From an uncultured bacterium (GTDB lineage: Bacteria > Abyssobacteria > SURF-5), in contig CAZEBC010000007.1 of NCBI GenBank assembly GCA_964510165.1, positions 1 to 41,884 of the forward strand: a DNA stretch of 41,884 bases. Reading direction: 5' to 3'. A program made the position numbers and the translations under genes. Shown here in pieces: positions 34,529 through 41,884 of the stretch (position 1 is its first letter; every line of letters starts with the position of its first letter). Under the pieces are notes generated by a model that worked only from the letters and a program-made list of their open reading frames with translations, had not been told where the DNA came from and ran no database searches.

Positions 34529-35911
34529 ATGGCAGCGATCCCTTATTTCATAATCAGTCCAAACACCCTGATCAGCGTATTGGGCCTGCTTCGCGGCCCC
34601 GACAAGACCGTGCCCACGCCTTCGGAAGACTGGCGTAAGGCGACGGTGGACGTGGTCATACCCGCCTACAAGGAAGAACACAACATCGCCCTTTGTCTCG
34701 CGTCCGTCGCCAGACAGACGCTCCGTCCCAAGAGAATCGTGCTGATCGATGACGGCAGCGGCGATCGAACCGCCGACTACGCAAAGACGTTCTGCGAGCT
34801 TAATGATATGCAGATAACAATCATTAAGCGCAAGGCCTCCATCGGCAAGACTCCCACGATAAAACGGCAGGCGCGAGAGTTCGACTCTGACGTCGAGTTC
34901 ATACTCGACGGCGACACGATTCTCGAATCGGACAACTATATTGAGCGAACAGTGCAGGAGTTGTACCAGGGAGTGGGGATCGCCTGCGCCTGCGGAACCA
35001 TACTGCCGTTGCGGGAGAGGGACCGCAATGCGGTCGTCAAAGAGGCTTCGGTCCAGAGATTCCTTGAAGCGGTTCCCGAGGCGCCCATCCATTCTGAGAG
35101 TATCAGCCTGTTCCGACGACTGCAGCGAGGGCTCACCAATCTCTACCGCGATGTTCTGTACATGTTCCTTCAGCGATTCATTTATCGCGGACAGATGGTG
35201 TTTTTCGGCTCGATCCTGAATCCGGTGGGCTGCGCGGTTGCATATCGCCGAAAGTACGTAAAGAATTTATTCGACAGGTATGAGCCGATACTCGGCGACG
35301 ATCTCACCAATTCCGAGGATATATTCATCGGGTTCGCCCTCGTTGACCAGGGCTACCGAAACATACAGTTGACGGACGTGTACGCCCGGTCCGAAGAGCC
35401 CGAGGCCAGTGTGCTTCCGCGCCAACTGTATTTGTGGTCGTCTTCTTTTCTCCAAAGCTGCTATTATTTTGATGTTCTTCTTCAGAGTCCCTTCAAGGTC
35501 CTGAGGCGATATCGGATGAGACGCCGAATCAAGAAGTCCGGAGTAGAAGAAAAACGGCGTGTCAAGGAGCAGTACCGCCAGGCGTTCGGCTCCGACTACA
35601 CCAGGAAGTATGGCCGTCCGATAGGGTGGTCGTTCATGACGTCCGCGATTGAAAAGCTCTTTTTCCCCATCGCCTTGCTGATCATGCTCTTTTTGCAGCT
35701 CTGGTGGCCGCTCGCCATCACGGTGGGCGCGGAGACCGTCATTGCGCTGACGGCCCTCACCATAGCGGCCAAGGGCAAACGGCTGGAGTATCTTCTCAAG
35801 GGATTGCTCATAGCGCCATTGCGCTATTTGCCGGTGTTGTTCGACGTTTATACCATGATTCGTTTTTCCCTTGACCTGTGGGTGTTCCGAAACCGGAGAT
35901 GGCGGAAGTGA
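34529..35911 (+). CDS. Membrane GT2 glycosyltransferase of processive-synthase type
   Basis: VVIPAYKEE, IDDGSGD, LDGDT, SEDIFIG, RQLYLW (QxxRW variant) and C-terminal TM helices. Confidence 0.85.
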   Translation: MAAIPYFIISPNTLISVLGLLRGPDKTVPTPSEDWRKATVDVVIPAYKEEHNIALCLASVARQTLRPKRIVLIDDGSGDRTADYAKTFCELNDMQITIIKRKASIGKTPTIKRQAREFDSDVEFILDGDTILESDNYIERTVQELYQGVGIACACGTILPLRERDRNAVVKEASVQRFLEAVPEAPIHSESISLFRRLQRGLTNLYRDVLYMFLQRFIYRGQMVFFGSILNPVGCAVAYRRKYVKNLFDRYEPILGDDLTNSEDIFIGFALVDQGYRNIQLTDVYARSEEPEASVLPRQLYLWSSSFLQSCYYFDVLLQSPFKVLRRYRMRRRIKKSGVEEKRRVKEQYRQAFGSDYTRKYGRPIGWSFMTSAIEKLFFPIALLIMLFLQLWWPLAITVGAETVIALTALTIAAKGKRLEYLLKGLLIAPLRYLPVLFDVYTMIRFSLDLWVFRNRRWRK

Positions 35912-37728
35912 TGAGACTTGCCCGTATCCTGATAACCTTGCTTGTTGTTGCGGTTTGCTCTGGCGGAGCGCTGGCCCAGCCGCCCGTGCCTGAAGGGGGA
36001 CTCGCAGCCGAGATGGCGGGGGAGTGGGAAAGAGCCATCGAGATTTACAAGGACGTATTGCAGCGGGAACCCAATCGCGCCGATCTTTGGGCTCGCATAT
36101 CGGACATCGAGGCTCACTTGGGAAACGAGCTACGCGCCGCCGAGGCGCTCGGCAAGGCTGCGGAGTTGAGCCCTGACGATGCTGACCTCCAGTACCAATC
36201 CTCCAACGCTTGGGCCGCTGCCGACCAGCCTGAACCCGCGCTCGCGGCAGTCGAGCGCGCTCTTGAACTTGATCCGGATAACGTCGAATATCTCAGGGCC
36301 CATGCCGAACTCGCCAACTGGACGGGTCGCTCCCGGCTTGCCGCCAAGAGCTACGAGCGCATCATGGAACTTGCGCCTGAAGACGACATCAGCCTCCTGC
36401 ACTATGCGCGATCAAGTTCCTGGGGCGGGGAACTGGACGAAGCCGTCGCCGCCTATGAAGAGTATTTGAGCAGACACCCGGAGGAGAAGGACGCCCACAT
36501 CGAACTTGCCAAGGTTGAGTCGTGGCGAGGTAATTACAACGCGTCCCTGCGGATACTGGAGAGTTACCGCAAACAGTGGGGGGAGACGAGGGAATACAAG
36601 GAAACAAAGGCGCGAGTGCTCGCCTGGGCCGAGCGGCCAACGCTGGCGTTCGAGTATATCGCTCCACTCCTGGAGGAGACCCCAGACGACTATGAGGTGA
36701 ACTACTCCAGAACCATCGCGCTCCATCACGATAACCGTCCCCGCGAGGCAATCGAGAGCCTGGACAAACTCAGCGAACTCCGACCGGACTCGAAGGCGAC
36801 CTATGATATCCGTCGCTTCGTGCTGACCCCGTTACGCTCCAATGTCACGTTCCTGACTGATTTCTACACCGATTCCGACGACCTGGACCGCTACCATAAC
36901 GCCGCGGAGGGGGCTTACTACTTGAATCCTGAAACCCGCCTGGAGGCTGGTATCGAGACCGATTATCTGAGGGCGGAACGGGGGAGCGGGCTGGAGCACA
37001 GGGACGGGAGCGAGCACGCGTGGCATCATCGCGGATGGCTGGGCGCATACCACCGCTTTACTCCTGACCTTGCTCTCGATGGATACCTGGGCGTCGCGGA
37101 CGCCGAGGATAAGACGCGGCCCTCTTACGGCATCGGGGCTGACTACGAGCCTCGCGACAACCTTTTTCTCAGGCTGGAGCGAGATTACGGGTTCTACGTC
37201 GTCTCGCCACGGAACGTATCGCGCGGGGTCAGGCGCGGCGCGAATACCCTCTTCGCCCAATGGGAACCCGATCTCCTGTACACCGTTGTGGGGCAACTCG
37301 GCTTTGACGATTTTTCCGACAGCAACAAGCGGTGGGAGGCGGTTCTTGCGCCGAGGCGCTCCGTCATGCGCGCGGAGGATTTCAACCTCGACCTGGGCGT
37401 GAGGGGTCAATGGTATGGCTTCGAGGACGAGAACCCCGATAACGGCTATTATGATCCGGAATTCTATCAGAGCTATATGGCCACGGCGTTCGGCTATTGG
37501 AAGATCAGCGACGATGACGGGGTCAGCGTCGCGCTTGAAAGCGGCGCCATCAAGGACAACGACCTCGAGCACTTTCGTTTCGCGTGGGGCGCCAACGTCG
37601 AGGGCATCTTCGGAATTTACCGCGATGTGATGCTGAGGCTTGGCGGCGGAGTGTCCCGCAACTCGCGCCAGGAAGGCGGCGCTTTCAGAGCGTACATGCT
37701 ATATGCCGCGCTCACATTTCGGTTCTAG
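35911..37728 (+). CDS. Exported TPR protein with C-terminal outer-membrane beta-barrel (PgaA/BcsC/YaiO-like architecture)
   Basis: Signal peptide (...GGALA-Q), TPRs with WxG repeats, alternating aromatic beta-strands, GYYDP loop and terminal LTFRF. The ATG overlaps the GT2 stop. Confidence 0.8.
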   Translation: MRLARILITLLVVAVCSGGALAQPPVPEGGLAAEMAGEWERAIEIYKDVLQREPNRADLWARISDIEAHLGNELRAAEALGKAAELSPDDADLQYQSSNAWAAADQPEPALAAVERALELDPDNVEYLRAHAELANWTGRSRLAAKSYERIMELAPEDDISLLHYARSSSWGGELDEAVAAYEEYLSRHPEEKDAHIELAKVESWRGNYNASLRILESYRKQWGETREYKETKARVLAWAERPTLAFEYIAPLLEETPDDYEVNYSRTIALHHDNRPREAIESLDKLSELRPDSKATYDIRRFVLTPLRSNVTFLTDFYTDSDDLDRYHNAAEGAYYLNPETRLEAGIETDYLRAERGSGLEHRDGSEHAWHHRGWLGAYHRFTPDLALDGYLGVADAEDKTRPSYGIGADYEPRDNLFLRLERDYGFYVVSPRNVSRGVRRGANTLFAQWEPDLLYTVVGQLGFDDFSDSNKRWEAVLAPRRSVMRAEDFNLDLGVRGQWYGFEDENPDNGYYDPEFYQSYMATAFGYWKISDDDGVSVALESGAIKDNDLEHFRFAWGANVEGIFGIYRDVMLRLGGGVSRNSRQEGGAFRAYMLYAALTFRF

Positions 37729-37733
37729 CCAGA

Positions 37734-40124
37734 TCATTCTGCCGGCGCAAGCGTAAGCGTGTGTTCCAGGTTTTTCTGGATTTGCTCCCTGGTGAACAGC
37801 ATCGGGTGCGCCTCATGTTTCATCCAGAGATTCAGGAGTTGGTCCTGGTAATGCGGGCTTCCCGGGTCTCCGCTTTGACCGCCGGGAATCGTGTTGACGG
37901 CCCGCTCCACGCCCGGCGTAAGTTCCACCGTCATCCGCAGTGAAGGGCCTGAGCCGGAGCTAAAGTCTCGCTGGAAGAACGGAAAACCGGCGTTGTCCAC
38001 GGTGTCGTTGGAGCCGGCGCGAGGGTATGGCCCATTATTATAGGAGGCGCGCCGTTTGCCAAGTCCATGCCGCAGTGTTGTCGCATGGACCCTGCCCCAC
38101 GTCCAATCGGTCATTTCATACCCGAGCATGAGACCGAGTTCATCTACCGCGTCTTGCAGGCTTCTGACGATGATATGCTGCTTCGTCTCATGCAGCTCGG
38201 TGTTGGCATTGTCGAACCAGTCGTGCCCCAAGCCTTCGTCCGACTCGCTTCTCAGGAGAAGCACCAGGATCACATCAGGGTTGGAGGCCCAATAGTCGTA
38301 CAGTTCCTTGCTCAGATCGTCCCGCAGCGTGTTGAGGGCAATGCGCTCCAGCCACTTGTTGAAGATGGTGCATGCCGCGCTGTCGATGGTGGCCCGGTTG
38401 TCCCACTCCTCGACCATCTTTGCGGCCCGCGCCGTGCGCTCGGGCAGGTTCGACTCCGATTGTTGGACAGCGGCCATGAGTTGCGGTTTCAGTCGCTCCG
38501 CGGCCAGAATGTAGTTGTCGGCCTGGATGGCGCGGACGTCCTCGAACGTCAATTTCTCTTGGGTCGCCAACAGGTCTTTGATCCGGCGCGTACGATATCC
38601 CACATCGAAGAAGTAACCGATGTAGTAAGGATAAGAGGAATCAACCGGCCTCGCGTTGGCCGTGGCAATGAAGTGCTCTTCCGGATTCAGCGCTCTCGGC
38701 AACTCTTCATAAGGGATATAGCCCTCCCATTCGTATTCGCCCGACGAGCCGTCGAGCGGCAGAAATGGGGCGCCTCTTCTGATCGGCACTTTGCCCGTTG
38801 GCTGGTAAAAGATATTGCCATCCATGTCCGCGTAGATGAAGTTCTGCGCTCCCAGTTGATAATAACTGAGGGCCTCGCGGAATTCCTCGACATTGGTGGC
38901 GCGGTTCAAAAGGTATAGGTACTTGAATTCGGTTGAAGGCTCATGGCCGGTCCACTTCAGGGAGTACACGGTGTTGTCTTCGGTGTGGACTACCGGCCCG
39001 TGAACCGTAAAAAGGATGTCTTGCTCGAATTCCTTCATAGAACTGCCGCTCTTGTATCTGATCTTTTCGGTGTTCTTCTCGAACGGTATGGATTCGCCCT
39101 TGAAGATATAGCGCTCCTTATTTTCGGGATCGAGCGCCTCGGCATAGAGGTCGCACACATCATAGCCGACATTCGTGACGCCCCATGCGATGTGCTCGTT
39201 GTGACCTAGTATCACGCCCGGTGTTCCGGGAAAGGTGGAGCCGATGACATTGATGCCGGGACCCATCAGATGAACTTCATACCAGATCGGCGGATTAAGC
39301 AGCGCGAGATGCGGGTCATTGGCCAGGATTGGCGCGCCCGTCGCTGATTTCTCTCCGTCGATCACCCAGTTATTGCTTCCTATCAAGCGCAGTGAGCCTC
39401 CGCGCATCGAGAAATCCTTCAGGTTCGAAAGAATCTTGAATCCTTCGCGCCCGAAGTCCTTTGGCAGGGAAGCGCCTGCTCGCTTCCAAACAATGTGGGT
39501 GACCGGATCAGCCGGCTGGCCCGAGACCAATTCGAGAGCTTTTTCGGAACCTAATTCGGCCACCAGCTTGGAAAGCATGAGTTCTTCGTCGAGCGAGCCC
39601 GAGAGGTGCCAGAACATCATCATTGGAATCGCGAGCGAATCCACCGGATGCCACGGCTCGGGCGCGTATGCCAGTTCTTTGAACTCCCGGGGAAGGTTGT
39701 CCTTGTTCAGATTCATGTAGTGATTGACGCCCGCGGCATAAACGGCCACAATCTTCTTCATCTCATCGCTCATGGCCTGGTACGTCGCTTCGGCGCCGCG
39801 ATGCAGGCCGAGCCGCCTGATCTCGAAATCCTGCTCTGCGAACGATTCGCCAAGTATCTCGGCCAGCCTGCCAGCGACGAGGCGGCGGTTGTACTCCATC
39901 TGCCAAAGCCGGTCCCGCGCGGTTACGTAACCCTGTGCGAAGTAGAGATCGTAGTCATTGGAGGCGGTTATGTGAGGAACGCCATATATGTCGTACTGAA
40001 CAGCAACTCTTTCGAAAAGTTTGAACTCTGCGGCCTGAGTGCTGCGCGAAAACAACCACACGGCGCACAGCGCCAATACACCCATGATGCATGATGGCAG
40101 GCTGGTAACCCGTCGAGTCTCCAT
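37734..40124 (-). CDS. Penicillin acylase family Ntn-hydrolase (peptidase S45), exported
   Basis: YGVPHI, FAQGYVTARDRLWQM, GSNNW nucleophile, LANDPHL, TANAR and PGGQSG.PGSPHY.DQ. Confidence 0.95.
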   Translation of the reverse strand: METRRVTSLPSCIMGVLALCAVWLFSRSTQAAEFKLFERVAVQYDIYGVPHITASNDYDLYFAQGYVTARDRLWQMEYNRRLVAGRLAEILGESFAEQDFEIRRLGLHRGAEATYQAMSDEMKKIVAVYAAGVNHYMNLNKDNLPREFKELAYAPEPWHPVDSLAIPMMMFWHLSGSLDEELMLSKLVAELGSEKALELVSGQPADPVTHIVWKRAGASLPKDFGREGFKILSNLKDFSMRGGSLRLIGSNNWVIDGEKSATGAPILANDPHLALLNPPIWYEVHLMGPGINVIGSTFPGTPGVILGHNEHIAWGVTNVGYDVCDLYAEALDPENKERYIFKGESIPFEKNTEKIRYKSGSSMKEFEQDILFTVHGPVVHTEDNTVYSLKWTGHEPSTEFKYLYLLNRATNVEEFREALSYYQLGAQNFIYADMDGNIFYQPTGKVPIRRGAPFLPLDGSSGEYEWEGYIPYEELPRALNPEEHFIATANARPVDSSYPYYIGYFFDVGYRTRRIKDLLATQEKLTFEDVRAIQADNYILAAERLKPQLMAAVQQSESNLPERTARAAKMVEEWDNRATIDSAACTIFNKWLERIALNTLRDDLSKELYDYWASNPDVILVLLLRSESDEGLGHDWFDNANTELHETKQHIIVRSLQDAVDELGLMLGYEMTDWTWGRVHATTLRHGLGKRRASYNNGPYPRAGSNDTVDNAGFPFFQRDFSSGSGPSLRMTVELTPGVERAVNTIPGGQSGDPGSPHYQDQLLNLWMKHEAHPMLFTREQIQKNLEHTLTLAPAE

Positions 40125-40164
40125 GATCTTTCCTCCCGACCGTCGGTTGAAAAATCGTTCTCTC

Positions 40165-40189
40165 GTAGGGGCGGTTCGCGAACCGCCCC
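40165..40189 (+). repeat. GTAG-type REP palindrome
   Basis: GTA followed by the perfect 22-bp palindrome GGGGCGGTTCGCGAACCGCCCC. Confidence 0.8.
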
Positions 40190-40201
40190 GAGTGCGCCGC
40201 G

Positions 40202-40231
40202 ATTATAACATAGCCCCAAAGACGATTTCAA
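40202..40231 (-). promoter_or_regulatory. sigma70 promoter of the acylase gene
   Basis: Minus strand TTGAAA-18 nt-TATAAT with extended TG. Confidence 0.65.
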
Positions 40232-40263
40232 AGCCTTCTCGCGGTTCGCCCCTCTGTTTCGAC

Positions 40264-40292
40264 TTCACGGCTCGTGCGAAATATGGTACAAT
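40264..40292 (+). promoter_or_regulatory. sigma70 promoter of the hypothetical gene
   Basis: TTCACG-17 nt-TACAAT with extended TG. Confidence 0.5.
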
Positions 40293-40312
40293 GGGAAATG
40301 GAAGGGAGTCCC

Positions 40313-40804
40313 ATGCTCGATAGAGATTCATGGCTCTTCAGAGAAGTGTTCGATGAGACCGAGATAGTCAAGAAGCCGACTACCGGATTTATTTCGGGCT
40401 ATCATGTGTTGCCCTATATTCTGCTCGGACGCTCGGCCCAGAGGGAAGACAACGTGGTCGAGATTCGCGGCCGCGTGAGCGTGTCGCCCAAGTTGGTTAT
40501 CTCGCCGGAACACCTCGGCCCGACCTACGGCGAATTATTCGGGGCGGAAGGCCTTGACGAGAGCATCGTGGGCCGCGTCTTTGCCTTTCCGTACTTGAAA
40601 AAACATCCGGTGAATATCGAGTCCGCGGAGCTTACCGTCAAGAGCATCGAGAGGGAACTGGGCTCCGTTCTTGCTTCTGTGCTCGATGAACTGGAGCGGA
40701 AGGAGATAATCAACACGGGCGTAATCATTACCCCCAACGTCCGATTCTATCCCGTCTCGATTGAAAAGTTCATTCTCAAGATTCTGGACCGGGAATTTGA
40801 ATAG
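40313..40804 (+). CDS. Hypothetical soluble protein (163 aa)
   Basis: ATG after AAGGGAG; protein-like composition; fills the gap between flanking genes. No family recognised. Confidence 0.75.
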   Translation: MLDRDSWLFREVFDETEIVKKPTTGFISGYHVLPYILLGRSAQREDNVVEIRGRVSVSPKLVISPEHLGPTYGELFGAEGLDESIVGRVFAFPYLKKHPVNIESAELTVKSIERELGSVLASVLDELERKEIINTGVIITPNVRFYPVSIEKFILKILDREFE

Positions 40805-40812
40805 CATCCCAT

Positions 40813-41884
40813 TCAGAGGGGCAATCGAACACGCGAATTGCTCTTCGAAGAACGATAAATGGCCTCGACTATCTCGTGTGCCTTGAGAGCCACTCCAAAG
40901 TCGGGATAGGGCGCGGTCCCGGTTTCGAGCGCGCGCAGAAAATGGTAGTCTTCCAAACCCTGCATGAACCAAAGCGAGTTATATTCGGGCCCGACAAGGC
41001 CGATGGATGAAAGATATCGGCTCAACACTTCTTCCTCAGCAATGACGGAGAACTCACCATCGCCCACCTGATGGCCGACCGTGCCAAAGAAATCATACGC
41101 GCTTGACACGAAGCCATTCTCGAAAAAAGCCTCCATGTAGCGGTTCGACTCTCGTTTCGTGATGTTGTGCCAGGCTGAGGTCAACTGGCCAAAGGCCCCA
41201 CTCTCGAACTCGAATTGAACAGCGGCCAGGTCTTCGATCCCCTGGTAACCTGCGAAGCATTTGACCTCGCCGCGCACACTGGCTATCTCGCCGAACAGCC
41301 ACCGCAACACGTCGGCGTCGTGGATGCTGTGTTCGATAAGGGCGCCGCCGCCCGCCATAGCGACGTCGGAGCGCCATGTGCTTCCGTATATTCCACGAAT
41401 CGGGAAATACTGGTCGTCTCGGAAGATGACCGACATTGGACGGCCAAGTTCGCCATCAGAGACGAGTTGCCGCAGGGCGTTGTAGACCGGAGAATAGCGA
41501 AGCACCAGGCCGACCTGATTCTTGACCCCGGCCTGAAGCACCGTGGAGAGCATCGCCTGAGCATCGGAAAACGTGCGCGCGAGCGGCTTTTCGCAGAAGA
41601 TATTGAGCTTTTTCTCAGCCGCCTCCTCAACCAGTTCCCGATGAAACCGGGTGGGTGTGCAAATGAAAACCGTATCAATCTCGCCTGAATTGATGAGTTC
41701 GAGCGGGTCGGTCCAGGCGCTTGCGGCTCCGAACGATTCGGCGATCGCCCGCGCACGTTCGGCGTCCGTATCGCATACCGCCTGGAAATCGGCCGCGACA
41801 AATCCTTCCTTCACTATCGCCTCTATGGCGTTGGCGTGAGCCACTCCGATGAAACCCGCGCCGATCAATCCCACACGAAGCCTT
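40813..41884 (-). CDS. Gfo/Idh/MocA family oxidoreductase (start lies just beyond the right edge)
   Basis: RVGLIGAGFIG, VFICTPTRFH, FCEKPLA and GGGALIEHSIHDAD. Confidence 0.92.
   Translation of the reverse strand, partial: RLRVGLIGAGFIGVAHANAIEAIVKEGFVAADFQAVCDTDAERARAIAESFGAASAWTDPLELINSGEIDTVFICTPTRFHRELVEEAAEKKLNIFCEKPLARTFSDAQAMLSTVLQAGVKNQVGLVLRYSPVYNALRQLVSDGELGRPMSVIFRDDQYFPIRGIYGSTWRSDVAMAGGGALIEHSIHDADVLRWLFGEIASVRGEVKCFAGYQGIEDLAAVQFEFESGAFGQLTSAWHNITKRESNRYMEAFFENGFVSSAYDFFGTVGHQVGDGEFSVIAEEEVLSRYLSSIGLVGPEYNSLWFMQGLEDYHFLRALETGTAPYPDFGVALKAHEIVEAIYRSSKSNSRVRLPL

Noticed and set aside
1-41884. CRISPR array, IS element or rRNA
   Set aside because: No regularly spaced repeats, transposase ORFs or rRNA-like segments were seen; nearly all sequence is explained by coding genes.

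Overview
Chromosomal window from a moderately GC-rich diderm bacterium; the gene content (FprA, sigma54 systems, pilB/T/S/R/C) suggests an anaerobe, but taxonomy cannot be fixed from the sequence. Left to right: (1) the start of a flavodiiron protein gene; an ABC-ATPase + TOPRIM-like (DUF4276-type) pair lying between tRNA-Ser(GGA) and a degenerate copy of that tRNA's D/anticodon region. (2) Housekeeping genes: nth, DUF523/TudS-like, TPR lytic transglycosylase, AP-endonuclease-2-fold protein, mce, membrane M28 peptidase. (3) A minus-strand signalling module: hybrid His kinase, sigma54 activator with an altered GAFTGA loop, mini-DnaJ, then a sigma54 promoter driving a stand-alone receiver and a Ser/Thr kinase. 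(4) A divergent type IV pilus locus headed by a PilB-N-terminal (MshEN-like)/DnaA AAA+ fusion lacking the DnaA DNA-binding domain, followed by pilB-pilT-pilS-pilR-pilC, a sugar epimerase, an acyltransferase, a DPM-type GT2, three tandem DUF2723/TMEM260-like GT-C+TPR genes and two pilins, each with a sigma54 promoter. (5) A processive GT2 + TPR/beta-barrel pair, a penicillin-acylase-family gene, a hypothetical gene and a Gfo/Idh/MocA gene. The best candidates for new biology are the MshEN-DnaA fusion, the TMEM260-like putative pilin glycosylation cassette and the tRNA-fragment-flanked ATPase/TOPRIM pair. No CRISPR array, integrase, transposase or rRNA was seen. All calls come from motif reading by eye, without database searches.
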